A DNA stretch of 64,000 bases from Candidatus Poribacteria bacterium (GCA_965215265.1 OZ244048.1:2752001-2816000), one strand, 5' to 3'. Shown: positions 10,521 to 20,585, counted from the stretch's first letter. Program-made: numbers and translations. The notes: generated from the letters alone by a model not told the origin.

Positions 10521-10686
10521 GGAGCCGCTCTAGGTAATGTCTTTAAAAATCAAAACATCAAAAGGCTCTGACGAAGTTTGACCGTTAAGTGTACCTTAAA
10601 ATGGCAATCTGTATCAACTTTTTCCTTGTCCCGATGACGTGTTGACATCTCTGATTTTAATGATTGAGACTGAAACGGATAAGCGG

Positions 10687-11790
10687 CTAAGATTGTAAAC
10701 GCATCGGCATGATGACGCAGATATGTTCGTCATCATCGGCCGGTTTAATCGCAACAGGTGTCGTCTCATCAGAGAATTCTAGTACCACTCTCTCTGCCTC
10801 GATGTGTGCCAAGACATCCATCAGGAAGCGTGCGTCGAAACCGATTCGTACCGTTCCGGTTGATGATTCGACGGGCAAGTTCTCATGTGCCTCACCGAGT
10901 TCGGGTGTCTTGGTGGAAATGCGCAGCGTTTGAGTGTCGATTTCTAATGAGATGGCATAGTTCTTGGGGTTCGACAATAATGAGACGCGTCTCGCTGCGC
11001 GGAGTGCTGCTTCTCTATCTAAGATGGTGCGTCCTTCTGTGGATTCGGGAATTATCTTCTGATAAGGTGGATAGTCGCCCTCTATCAAGCGTGTCGTCAA
11101 AGTCGAGGTGCCGTCTGAGAAGAGGATCTGGTTTTCAAAGACGGCGATGCTGACGGCAGGGGAATCGGCGAAGGTTTTGGCGATTTCGCGAACTGCCTTG
11201 AGCGGCAGGATAAAATCTGTCGCTTTCCCGGATGCGACGACGGGTGCGCAATAGGCAATAGCGAGTTGATGGCCGTCGGTTGCGACAATTTCTGTGCGTT
11301 CTTCACCCAAGTTAAAATAGAGTCCGTTTAGAGAATAGCGCACTTCCTCCGTAGATGCTGCAAATTGGGTTTTGCGTAGCAACCCACGCAGCACCTCACC
11401 GTCTATACTCAACGCCTCACTGTCAACAGTGGGAAGCTGAGGGAATTCTTCATCCGGAAGCCCGATAATGATATAGACACCGTCACCACAAGTGAGCTCG
11501 ACCCGGTCGTTCGCCATCGTAGTCAGCGTTATCGTTTTGTCGCCGGGCAATTCTTTGACGATGTCTGTCAACTTTTTGGCAGAGACGGTAATTGCCCCCT
11601 CTTCCTGAATCGTTCCTTCCACGTGCAGGCGGATGCCGACTTCCAAGTCCGTGGCGATGCATTCTATGTTGCCCGCGCTGGCGTTAATCAGCACGTTTGA
11701 AAGAATGGGTAAGGTAGCCCGACCACTTGCCACGCCTTGTAGCACTTGTAAGGACTGCAAAAATTCATCTTTATCAAAAACTAATTCCAT
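10687..11790 (-). CDS. dnaN: DNA polymerase III beta sliding clamp, copy 2
   Basis: 367 aa; TLPILSNVL, ATDLE, ATDGHQL, EGDYPPY, VIMPMR. Confidence 0.95.
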   Translation of the reverse strand: MELVFDKDEFLQSLQVLQGVASGRATLPILSNVLINASAGNIECIATDLEVGIRLHVEGTIQEEGAITVSAKKLTDIVKELPGDKTITLTTMANDRVELTCGDGVYIIIGLPDEEFPQLPTVDSEALSIDGEVLRGLLRKTQFAASTEEVRYSLNGLYFNLGEERTEIVATDGHQLAIAYCAPVVASGKATDFILPLKAVREIAKTFADSPAVSIAVFENQILFSDGTSTLTTRLIEGDYPPYQKIIPESTEGRTILDREAALRAARRVSLLSNPKNYAISLEIDTQTLRISTKTPELGEAHENLPVESSTGTVRIGFDARFLMDVLAHIEAERVVLEFSDETTPVAIKPADDDEHICVIMPMRLQS

Positions 11791-11827
11791 GTTCTAAGTC
11801 TCCTATGCATGTTCTAAGTCTCCTATG
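11788..11827 (-). repeat. 20-bp perfect tandem duplication of the RBS and start codon of dnaN copy 2
   Basis: CATGTTCTAAGTCTCCTATG at 11788-11807 and 11808-11827. Confidence 0.9.
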
Positions 11828-11866
11828 AATGGAACGTTAAACCCCAAACGCTGTCAAACGCTCTTA

Positions 11867-12970
11867 CTAGGATTGTAAACGCATCGGCATGATGACACAG
11901 ATATGTTCGTCATCATCAGTCGGTTTCACAACGACAGGATTATGTTCGCCGGTGAATTCCAGTACAATTTCGTTCGTCTCAATGTAAGACAATGCATCTA
12001 TGAGCAGGCGTGCGTCGAAACCGATTCGTACCGTTCCAGTTGATGATTCGACGGGCAAGTTCTCATGTGCCTCACCGAGTTCGGGTGTCTTGGTGGAAAT
12101 GCGCAGCGTTTGAGTATCTATTTCTAATGAGATGGAATAGTTCTTCGGGTTCGACAATAAGGAGACGCGCTTCGTCGCACGGAGCATCGCATCCCGGTTT
12201 ACAACCGTCCGTCCTTCAGAGGACTCAGGAATTATTTTCTGATATGGCGGATAGTCGCCTTCTACCAAGCGCGTGGTCAAAGTCGACGTACCATCTGAAA
12301 ACAGGATCTGGTTCTCAAAGACGGCGACGCTGACAGACGGGGAATCCGCGAAGGTCTTCGCGATTTCGCGAACTGCCTTGAGCGGAACAATAAAACCCGC
12401 CGTGTTTTCGGACGCGACGAGGGGTGCGCAATAGGCCAGAGCCAATTGGCGGCCATCCGTAGCAACCACTTCTGTGCGTTCTTCACCCAAGTTAAAATAG
12501 AGTCCGTTTAGAAAATAGCGCACTTCCTCCGTAGATGCTGCAAATTGGGTTTTGCGTAGCAACCCACGCAGCACCTCACCGTCTATACTCAACGCCTCAC
12601 TCTCAACAGTGGGAAGCTGAGGGAATTCTTCATCCGGAAGCCCAATAATCGTATAGACACCGTCACCACAAGTGAGCTCGACCCGGTCGTTCGCCATCGT
12701 AGTCAGCGTTATCGCTTTGTCGTCGGGCAATTCTTTGACGATGTCTGCCAGTTTTTTTGCAGAAACGGTCATCGCCCCCTCTTCCTGAATAGTGCCTTCT
12801 ACCTTCATCCGGATGCCGACTTCCAAGTCCGTGGCGATGCATTCTATATTGCCTGCGCTGGCGTTAATCAGCACGTTTGAAAGAATGGGTAAGGTATTCC
12901 GACCACTCGCCACACCTTGTAGCACCTGTAAGGACTGCAAAAGTTCATCCTTATCAAAAACTAATTCCAT
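11867..12970 (-). CDS. dnaN: DNA polymerase III beta sliding clamp, copy 1
   Basis: 367 aa; same motifs with ATDGRQL; about 87% identical to copy 2 by hand count. Confidence 0.96.
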   Translation of the reverse strand: MELVFDKDELLQSLQVLQGVASGRNTLPILSNVLINASAGNIECIATDLEVGIRMKVEGTIQEEGAMTVSAKKLADIVKELPDDKAITLTTMANDRVELTCGDGVYTIIGLPDEEFPQLPTVESEALSIDGEVLRGLLRKTQFAASTEEVRYFLNGLYFNLGEERTEVVATDGRQLALAYCAPLVASENTAGFIVPLKAVREIAKTFADSPSVSVAVFENQILFSDGTSTLTTRLVEGDYPPYQKIIPESSEGRTVVNRDAMLRATKRVSLLSNPKNYSISLEIDTQTLRISTKTPELGEAHENLPVESSTGTVRIGFDARLLIDALSYIETNEIVLEFTGEHNPVVVKPTDDDEHICVIMPMRLQS

Positions 12971-12999
12971 GCTCTAATTCTCCTATCAATGATTATCAA

Positions 13000-13028
13000 A
13001 TTATAACTAAAAAATGTGTAGATGTCAA
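13000..13028 (-). promoter_or_regulatory. Consensus sigma70 promoter for the dnaN pair
   Basis: Minus strand TTGACA (13028-13023), 17 nt, TATAAT (13005-13000). Confidence 0.85.
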
Positions 13029-13137
13029 ATCTTTTTAGCGTTTTGTATCGGTTCTCAAAAATGTTTGGACTAGCGTGAACCCCGGAATGTCGAGCTCACT
13101 CCGTGCATCTTAGGCAGTTAACCCAGACGGTTCGCTT

Positions 13138-13166
13138 TTGACATACTTTTATTTATATGATACCAT
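13138..13166 (+). promoter_or_regulatory. Probable sigma70 promoter for the divergent membrane-protein gene
   Basis: TTGACA-17-TACCAT with extended TG. Confidence 0.55.
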
Positions 13167-13453
13167 ATTTATAAGAATATTACCAGAAATTAGCAAGAAC
13201 GATTTATTTGTTATAGATAGAAGCTTCTATGCGAATCCAGGTCGAATTCCTGCCAAGATGTCTCCAACGATAGGGGCCCCGGCCAAAACGCGAAATCAGA
13301 ACTTAGGTTCACGCGAGCAAAAACCTGCGGCATACCATCGACGAATTGACACATTGACACATTGACAAATAGAGCACTCGGTGTGCGTCGCAATCGCGGC
13401 GTGACTTGTCCTAATGCGAAATTCCTGCTAAGTGAACAGTTTTTTTAAGTGCA

Positions 13454-15391
13454 ATGCAAAAATACGTCACCAACGTTCAGACCGAACAAACCATTGCAAA
13501 ACGGGCTGTGTTAATTGGCTCGGTGCTCATTATTGCAAATAGCTACTGGATAGCTTACGTAGAGATGATCTGGCACACTGCGCATCTCACCACGGTTGCG
13601 ATGTCTGTCAATGTGATGTTCGGCATTCTGGCAATTACGGTGCTGAATATGTGCGTGAAAAGCATCTTCCCGGGTGCCGCGCTTAAGCAACGCGACTTAC
13701 TCGTCGTTTACGCCATGCTTGCCGTCGGGAGTGCGTTCTCAGGGCACGACTGCATTCCGCGCCTGATGGGACTTATACCGTATGCGTTTCGGTTCGCTAC
13801 CCCAGAAAACGATTGGGAAGCACTGCTCTTCCATCACCTACCAGAATGGCTCATCGTAAAACATACGAAAACTGTTAACGATTTCTACGAAGGCGAGGTG
13901 AACTTCTTTACGGATGGATACGTTCAGTATTGGATTGTCCCTATTTTGTCCTGGTCTGCGGTGATCTTCCTATTGATGCTCATCTTCTTATGTATTACTT
14001 CACTTATCCGCAAACAGTGGATAGAAAACGAGAAACTGGCGTATCCAATTATCCAAATTCCGTTGGAGATAACAGCAGGGCGTACGGTCTTCAAGAATCG
14101 CTTGCTTTGGCTGGGCTTCGGCATAGCCGCCGGGATAAACCTGCTCAACGGTTTGCAGTTCTTTTTTCCGGTGCTGCCTGAAATCCCAGTCCGGAAATAC
14201 AATCTCAATATGTACTTCACCCAAAAACCGTGGAATGCGATGGGGAGCATGCCGCTCCGGTTTCACCCGTACCTGATAGGCTTTTCGTTTATTTTGCCGT
14301 TGGACTTGGCGTTTTCGTGTACGTTTTTCTATTTCATGAAAAAGGCGCAGCTGCTATTTGGTAGCATGGTAGGTGTGGCGACACTGCAGGGCTACCCGTT
14401 TTTGGGGGAACAGGGGGCGGGGGCACTACTCGCTCTACTTGCCATGGCATGTTGGCACGCGCGAAAGCATTTCGCATCGGTCCTCTCTCAGCTCATCCGT
14501 CCTGGGCGCGCGGCATCACAAACCGAGGCCATTTCTCACCGCAGTGCCGTGATAATTTTAGGGCTCAGTTTACTTTTGCTCGCGATATTCTCTATACGTG
14601 GTGGGATGTCTCTGTGGGCGTTCGCGATTTACATAGGCATCTATCTGGCCATTGTCGTCGGGCTCACCCGGATGCGTGCTGAGCTCGGACCGCCGATACA
14701 TGCGATAGGTTATCTCACGCCACAATATATGATGATCTCTCTACTCGGTACCCAGCGGCTGCGCCCCGGGAACCTCACGATGCTCTCGCTGATGAATTGG
14801 CTCAGCGGTGCTAGTTACGCCTCCTTCCGGACACACCCGATGCCGGACCAACTGGAGGCTTTCAAGCTGGGTGAAAGGACGGGCATCCGCAATAGAACTA
14901 TGTTCATCGTCCTCGTGATTGCGAGCGTGGTGGGCATCTTATCCAGTCTGATTCTCTATCCGTATGCAATTTACAAGGAGGGCGTTGCTGCCGGTTCAGA
15001 GCAAATTCATGCGGGTGGTGCTGATACCTATAACTTCCTCTCGTCGTGGCTTGTGAGTCCAAAACCGACGGATTGGTTAGCGACCTCGGTTTTGGGTGTA
15101 ACATTTGCCGCGAATTTAGGGATTATATTTCTGCGTTCGCGGTTTGTGTGGTGTCCGCTGCACCCGGCGGGGTACGTTATCGGCGTTGCCCCCGGTACCA
15201 CAGATGTGATATGGTTCCCGCTCTTTCTCGCGATGATAACAAAATGGCTTATCCTCCGGCATGGCGGTGTTAACGCCTATCGCCGAGCAATACCCTTTTT
15301 CATCGGTCTGGTACTCGGAGAGGCATCCGTCGGATGTTTCTGGCCGTTGTTAAGCTTAGTCTTACGCTCTGCTGTCTACAGTTGGATCTGA
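13454..15391 (+). CDS. Multi-pass membrane protein, DUF6785/DUF6784-like (putative transporter)
   Basis: 645 aa with many TM segments; RKQWIENEKLAYPI, RMRAELG, PLHPAGY and PFFIGLVLGE motifs recalled for this family. Confidence 0.6.
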   Translation: MQKYVTNVQTEQTIAKRAVLIGSVLIIANSYWIAYVEMIWHTAHLTTVAMSVNVMFGILAITVLNMCVKSIFPGAALKQRDLLVVYAMLAVGSAFSGHDCIPRLMGLIPYAFRFATPENDWEALLFHHLPEWLIVKHTKTVNDFYEGEVNFFTDGYVQYWIVPILSWSAVIFLLMLIFLCITSLIRKQWIENEKLAYPIIQIPLEITAGRTVFKNRLLWLGFGIAAGINLLNGLQFFFPVLPEIPVRKYNLNMYFTQKPWNAMGSMPLRFHPYLIGFSFILPLDLAFSCTFFYFMKKAQLLFGSMVGVATLQGYPFLGEQGAGALLALLAMACWHARKHFASVLSQLIRPGRAASQTEAISHRSAVIILGLSLLLLAIFSIRGGMSLWAFAIYIGIYLAIVVGLTRMRAELGPPIHAIGYLTPQYMMISLLGTQRLRPGNLTMLSLMNWLSGASYASFRTHPMPDQLEAFKLGERTGIRNRTMFIVLVIASVVGILSSLILYPYAIYKEGVAAGSEQIHAGGADTYNFLSSWLVSPKPTDWLATSVLGVTFAANLGIIFLRSRFVWCPLHPAGYVIGVAPGTTDVIWFPLFLAMITKWLILRHGGVNAYRRAIPFFIGLVLGEASVGCFWPLLSLVLRSAVYSWI

Positions 15392-15439
15392 GGGACCACC
15401 GCATTCTCATTTACCGCCTCATTTTTTTCGTGAACTGAA

Positions 15440-15690
15440 CGGCTCTGGCGAGATTTGTGCTAGGACAAACATAGCAGCAGTTATTCTTGGGCTGCAGTAG
15501 ACGAAAAAAAATGGAATTCTATATTGTCAAAAAAGAGCGAAAATGATAATATGGAATTCTATATTATCAAAAAAGAGCAAAAATGATAATATGTATAATT
15601 TTTATAGATAAAGAGAGCAGGCGGCTCTGGCGAGATTTTTGCTAAGGCAAACATAGCAGCAGTTATTCTTGGGCTGCAGTAGACGAAAAA
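15440..15690 (+). repeat. Two ~70-bp direct repeats (bipartite element) enclosing a ~40-bp tandem repeat, upstream of fic
   Basis: CGGCTCTGGCGAGATTT...GCAGTAGACGAAAAA at 15440-15508 and 15622-15690; ATGGAATTCTATATTRTCAAAAAAGAGCRAAAATGATAAT twice at 15511-15590. Confidence 0.85.
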
Positions 15691-15700
15691 GACGAAAAAG

Positions 15701-16828
15701 ATGAAAAAATTTATAGCCGGCACCTACAAACAGCAACGGGAATATAAAAACTTCACACCCGTCTTCATAAACCGTCATTTTTCTTGGGAAAACCCGCAGA
15801 TAGATGTCTGCTTGGAAAAGGCAGGGCGGCTTTTAGGCGAACTCAACGCTTACGCGACACTGATACCGGATATAGACTTCTTCATCAGAATGAATGTGGT
15901 GAAAGAGGCCACGAAATCTAATCTAATTGAAGGCACGAAAACCGAGCTCGATGAAGTCATTCTACCGGAAGCGGAGATTAACCCAGAGAGGCGAGATGAT
16001 TGGCACGAAGTACAAAATTATATTCAAGCGCTCCATTTCGCCATCGGTAAACTCACTGAGCTCCCTATTTCTACACGCCTCCTCAAGGAAGCCCATAAAA
16101 TACTCCTTTCAGGTGTGCGTGGAGAACATAGAGCCCCCGGCGAGATTCGTAAAAGTCAGAATTGGATCGGTGGCACCTCCCTATCTGATGCGGTGTTTAT
16201 TCCGCCCTCTCCAGAGGCACTCCCGGAACTACTCAGTGATCTCGAAAAATTCTGGCACAACGAAACACTGCAGCTGCCAATCCTTATCAAAATTGCTATC
16301 ACACACTATCAATTTGAAACCATACACCCGTTTCTGGACGGAAACGGACGGTGCGGCCGACTCTTGCTTATCTTGCAACTCATCGAGGCACAGTTACTCA
16401 ACAAGCCAGTACTTTATATGTCCACCTTCTTCGAGAAACATCGTGAATCCTATTATAACTCTCTCACCACGGTCCGTAAGTCAAATGACATCGAACAGTG
16501 GCTCGTATTTTTTTTTAACGGAATCATCGAAACAGCCGAGCACGGCATTGAGACAATCAGATCGGTTACTGAACTCCAGACGGAGTACAACCGAAAAATC
16601 CTAACACTGCGTGCTAGAGCAGAGAACGCACGAAAACTGATTCACTTCATGTACTCCAACCCAATAGTTAATGTCCGATCGGTTGAACAAGAATTGAAGA
16701 TGAACTATGCAAGTGCGAATCGCCTCCTAAAATCCTTGACAGCCCTCGGCATCCTAAACGAAATTACCGGCTTCTCACGCAACCGGCTCTTTGTGCTAGA
16801 GAAATACCTAAATCTCTTTAGAGATTAG
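15701..16828 (+). CDS. Fic family protein with N-terminal inhibitory motif and C-terminal HTH
   Basis: HPFLDGNGRCGR Fic motif; SNLIEG matches (S/T)xxxE(G/N). Confidence 0.93.
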   Translation: MKKFIAGTYKQQREYKNFTPVFINRHFSWENPQIDVCLEKAGRLLGELNAYATLIPDIDFFIRMNVVKEATKSNLIEGTKTELDEVILPEAEINPERRDDWHEVQNYIQALHFAIGKLTELPISTRLLKEAHKILLSGVRGEHRAPGEIRKSQNWIGGTSLSDAVFIPPSPEALPELLSDLEKFWHNETLQLPILIKIAITHYQFETIHPFLDGNGRCGRLLLILQLIEAQLLNKPVLYMSTFFEKHRESYYNSLTTVRKSNDIEQWLVFFFNGIIETAEHGIETIRSVTELQTEYNRKILTLRARAENARKLIHFMYSNPIVNVRSVEQELKMNYASANRLLKSLTALGILNEITGFSRNRLFVLEKYLNLFRD

Positions 16829-17061
16829 CGATGCGGTTTGTAGTATGCTATGCATTGCGTGCCTCTATTGTCTTTTCCTGCAAACTTGTAAAGCCTGATT
16901 CTGAGAGCGAAACGACCTGTTTCCCGGAAGCCTGCTAAAAAAAATAGGTGTCCATGAGACCGCAGAATTTGCTTGTGAAAATGCGGTCAATCTTGTAAAC
17001 TCCTCTACAGTTATAAGCGGGCTTGATGTTGATGTAACTGCGATCTCTTATCGAGAAAAAG

Positions 17062-18708
17062 ATGAAAGTTAAACCTATTCTGATTATATCGATGCTGGGT
17101 GTGCTGCTATCCGTTCTGCTGAGCGGCATCTATTTCCAGTTTTCCTACTTTGAGCCGGATACCGTCTCGTATCTATTTCAGGCGAAGCTTTTCGCTGAGG
17201 GCAAGCTCTCCGTACCGGCCCCACCGGAACATGGATTTTCTTCCTCACCGCATATCAACATCCTTAACGGCAAATGGTACTCAAAATACCCGTTCGGCAA
17301 CGCCTTGATGCTGATGTTGGGGGTGTTTATCAACGCGCCGTGGTTAATTCCTGCGCTGGCGACAGGTGGTGCGCTCTATTTGCTATACGTTCTCGTCAAG
17401 GAGATGCACGGGAAATCGGCTGCACTTATTGCCGCCGTGATTGGACTGATCTCGCCTGCCACGCTTGGTATGGGTTCGACCTGGTTCAGTGAGCCGGTCA
17501 GCCGTTTTTACCTCGCCCTCTATCTGTTGTCGCTTATCAGAACGTTGAACGGGAGGGGCGGTTTCGGCTACGCGCTTCTCTCCGGTTTTGCTTTGGGATA
17601 CGTGTTTAACACGCGGCCGCTTTCTGCGTTCGTGTTCGGTGTTGTCGGTGCCGGGCTGACGTTATACTGCCTTGGCATCGCAGTTCGTGAGGATAAAAAT
17701 CGTGTTCCGGATGGCACGCCTCTAACGCCAAAACTCGCAGCTCGATTGGCGTTTTTCTTCATACCGTTTGTTATGATGTTGGGTGTATGCATGGCGTGGA
17801 ATACCTACTTCACCGATGACCCATTTACATTTACGCATACCGCCGCGCAGCCTTACGACAAAATCGGGTTCGGGAAACGCATGGAAGGTTACGCACCGGA
17901 AATTGAGAACGGGGTTCTTTTTACGCCTGCTTGGGCAATAGAGCGGACGTGGCGACACATTTTGCCCTGCATTAGTTTCAATGCGCTCGGCTGGGGGAGT
18001 TACGCGCCTAACCTACTCAGAGAGGTTAACCTATCGCTCAGTTGGTTTATGGCCTTTGTCCCGTTGCTGATACCCTGGGTTCTCGCATTTATCCCGCTTT
18101 TCCATCGTTCACGCAACAGATACGATGTGCTCTGTCTTGCAGCCTTGGTAGGCAATCTGTTGCTCTATGCGTTTTTCTACTTTGAAGGTTCGACGTGGGG
18201 GTTTACACCGGTAAATGCACGCTACTACACAGAATCCACGCTGTTGGGGTTCATTCCGTTAGTGGCGCGCGGAATCCTTATCATCTACGAGCATCTGAAA
18301 CATAGACTGCAGCGGCTTGAGAGCAACCGCTTACACCCGTTCATTGTTGCAAGCAGCCTATTAATTTTACTCCTCAGCGTTAATACGGTATGGAGTTATG
18401 TACGCATCGGCAAAGTTTATCAAAATTGGGGCCCTGTCTATCAAAAACTCCCCCCAACCGTCGCGGCACAAAATATTCACAACGCTGTCATATTTGTTGC
18501 GGAGCACCGTGGCGCACCCATTGGCGACTATCCATTTCAGAATCTGGATGAAGCCGATATCGTCTATTTTAAATTAGGACCCTCAAAACAGTGGAAACTT
18601 ACCAATAGCGATTGGAAAACCGTATATAAGCAGTATTTCACCGGGCGTGAGGCTTATCTATATCTACCGCGCGAGAACAGGCTCACTCCGTTAACTGTTC
18701 CAGAATGA
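17062..18708 (+). CDS. GT-C fold (ArnT/PMT-like) membrane glycosyltransferase
   Basis: PDTVSYLFQA after the first TM, SKYPFG, FNTRP, ARYY; multiple TM helices. Confidence 0.7.
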   Translation: MKVKPILIISMLGVLLSVLLSGIYFQFSYFEPDTVSYLFQAKLFAEGKLSVPAPPEHGFSSSPHINILNGKWYSKYPFGNALMLMLGVFINAPWLIPALATGGALYLLYVLVKEMHGKSAALIAAVIGLISPATLGMGSTWFSEPVSRFYLALYLLSLIRTLNGRGGFGYALLSGFALGYVFNTRPLSAFVFGVVGAGLTLYCLGIAVREDKNRVPDGTPLTPKLAARLAFFFIPFVMMLGVCMAWNTYFTDDPFTFTHTAAQPYDKIGFGKRMEGYAPEIENGVLFTPAWAIERTWRHILPCISFNALGWGSYAPNLLREVNLSLSWFMAFVPLLIPWVLAFIPLFHRSRNRYDVLCLAALVGNLLLYAFFYFEGSTWGFTPVNARYYTESTLLGFIPLVARGILIIYEHLKHRLQRLESNRLHPFIVASSLLILLLSVNTVWSYVRIGKVYQNWGPVYQKLPPTVAAQNIHNAVIFVAEHRGAPIGDYPFQNLDEADIVYFKLGPSKQWKLTNSDWKTVYKQYFTGREAYLYLPRENRLTPLTVPE

Positions 18709-19789
18709 CGATATCGCCAGGATTCCAGGATTGCGTGATGATATAAAACTTGCCAGCAATCTTACGGATTACAGCTCCGTGCAGATGCTGGAACGTCTCC
18801 ACGTCGAGTTCTTCCTTCGGCATCACGGTTGACACCAAATTGTTCCCTTCCAAGATGTAGAGCGGTGCGCCTTTCCCTCTATCAGGCCCATAGAGGCAAG
18901 CAACCACTGCGTAGCCTGCTTCGTAGTCAATGCTACACGGGAAAGAACCCTTAATGAGCGGTAATGTCTCTAAGTATGTGCCATCGGGTGAATAACGTTC
19001 TACTTCTGCATTCGCCCGGTCGGCAATGTCTAATCGTTCTGTGCCGTAAGGTATTGTGATATGATGCCCAGTGCCGAATTGCCCCGGCTCCGGCCCTTTG
19101 CCTCCGAAGGCTAACGGATACCAACTCGCTTCAAAGGGCGTTAGGTTCGAGATCTTTGCACCTAAGATATAATCTAACTCAGAGTAGCCTGTCGTGACAT
19201 AGAGCATTCCGTTCAGATGCGTTACCCCGGTCGGTACGAATTTGCCGCCTTCACTAAAATAGAGATTGACTGCCTGATGCTGAAAATCTGTCATCGCATC
19301 GGGTGCTTCTAACGTATGCACCAGTTTTCCGTCCAAGGTTGTCGTGAACACTTTTCCGGCATCATTGGCTGGAAAAGAGAGATACGGGGTTCCATCTGTC
19401 GCAGACCAGGCAGTTGTATAATGCGCGTTGACTTTCTTCAAGGCAGCGGGTGTCTGTATCAACCTCGTTGTTTGGAGGTCAGCACTGATTTGGATGATGC
19501 CGACCCCCGGCAGAGCAAAATAGGTTTCACCTTTCCCGGGCCGCCGGTCTACATCAAACCCACCGTGCGCTTTGCCAATCGCAGCAACGACCTCTTCCGG
19601 AAAGTGGGCTCGCGTATATAACACTTTGAACTTAAGTGAACCTTGCCCGCTCACCTTCATTGCTGGTTTTTCGTGATGCGCCACGAATTCAAACTGCTCT
19701 GTAGGTGGCTGTTGTTCAAGATGTGCATAACTGCTTCCAATTGATAGGGCAATGACGAAAGTTAAATACCGTAAAATCTGATGTCTCAT
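18683..19789 (-). CDS. Secreted NHL-repeat-like beta-propeller protein
   Basis: Signal peptide; AHGGF, FGGKGPEPGQFGTGH, IADRAN, HLHG motifs. Confidence 0.6.
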   Translation of the reverse strand: MRHQILRYLTFVIALSIGSSYAHLEQQPPTEQFEFVAHHEKPAMKVSGQGSLKFKVLYTRAHFPEEVVAAIGKAHGGFDVDRRPGKGETYFALPGVGIIQISADLQTTRLIQTPAALKKVNAHYTTAWSATDGTPYLSFPANDAGKVFTTTLDGKLVHTLEAPDAMTDFQHQAVNLYFSEGGKFVPTGVTHLNGMLYVTTGYSELDYILGAKISNLTPFEASWYPLAFGGKGPEPGQFGTGHHITIPYGTERLDIADRANAEVERYSPDGTYLETLPLIKGSFPCSIDYEAGYAVVACLYGPDRGKGAPLYILEGNNLVSTVMPKEELDVETFQHLHGAVIRKIAGKFYIITQSWNPGDIVILEQLTE

Positions 19790-19814
19790 CTATAACGTCC
19801 CCCATTTTTGTGAA

Positions 19815-20585
19815 TTACTGGATGCTTTCGCGAAAGCGCTTGGTAAACTTGCAGCTCCGTGCGATGCTCGCGACATCTTCCATCTTATACTGCACAACAA
19901 GGGGGCCTGCAAACCCGATCTCTTTTAATCCGCGCCCAAACGTTTCAAAATCGAAAACCCCGCCCCCGGGCTCACCCCGGTGGCTACCGGACATGTGTAC
20001 ATCGCCTAAGCACGTTTTCATGGCCCGAGCTGCTGTATCTGGGTCTGCGCCATCGTTGAAAAGATGATACGTATCGCATGTCAAATAGACAGGTAACCCT
20101 GTGTCTTCAACGAAAGTCACGCCGTCGCGATAATTATCAAGTGGACATCCCTTCTCGAACTCAAGCGCGATTTTGATGTCGTGCTCCTCGCACGGTGCTA
20201 CCATGTGAGAGAGGTTATCAGCGAGTGTTTGCAGCGCCTCCTCTTGAGAAGCATTCTGTGGCGGATTTACCCAGACACCAATGATGTCTGCATCAAACCG
20301 GCGGGCGACCTCCAGCACAGTCTCAAAGTGCTGCAGTGCCTCGGCTTTTCTCGAAGGCGTTGTCAAGATGTGATTGCCAAAGCCTATTGTCGGCGCGCTC
20401 AGTCTGTGTTTATCTGCCAGATTCATCGCATCTTCGATTTCATCGGTTGAGAGTTTTCCTAAAAACCCAGAATTCACAGGGATATTGATGCCTTCATATC
20501 CGGCCTCGGCAACGAGCGCAAAAATCTCAGCACGTGTAAATCTGCCTAAGGTACCAGCATAAGGGTCGTAACAGATAGGTAACAT
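19815..20585 (-). CDS. Sugar phosphate isomerase/epimerase family TIM-barrel protein
   Basis: AGYEGI, IALEFE, DTYH, VHMSGSHRGEPG. Confidence 0.85.
   Translation of the reverse strand: MLPICYDPYAGTLGRFTRAEIFALVAEAGYEGINIPVNSGFLGKLSTDEIEDAMNLADKHRLSAPTIGFGNHILTTPSRKAEALQHFETVLEVARRFDADIIGVWVNPPQNASQEEALQTLADNLSHMVAPCEEHDIKIALEFEKGCPLDNYRDGVTFVEDTGLPVYLTCDTYHLFNDGADPDTAARAMKTCLGDVHMSGSHRGEPGGGVFDFETFGRGLKEIGFAGPLVVQYKMEDVASIARSCKFTKRFRESIQ

Noticed and set aside
10511-10579. Invertible promoter between the inverted box-A pair
   Set aside because: The inner segment is under 40 nt, the equivalent segment near 21810-21838 is itself palindromic so orientation cannot be read, and no recombinase is present.
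12971-13453. Replication origin next to dnaN
   Set aside because: No dnaA nearby and I found no TTATCCACA-type boxes; divergent promoters explain the AT richness.
19799-19810. Third copy of the Rpn-element TIR (CCCCCATTTTT)
   Set aside because: Only about 11 nt match, and it coincides with the purine-rich RBS region of the minus-strand gene starting at 19789.
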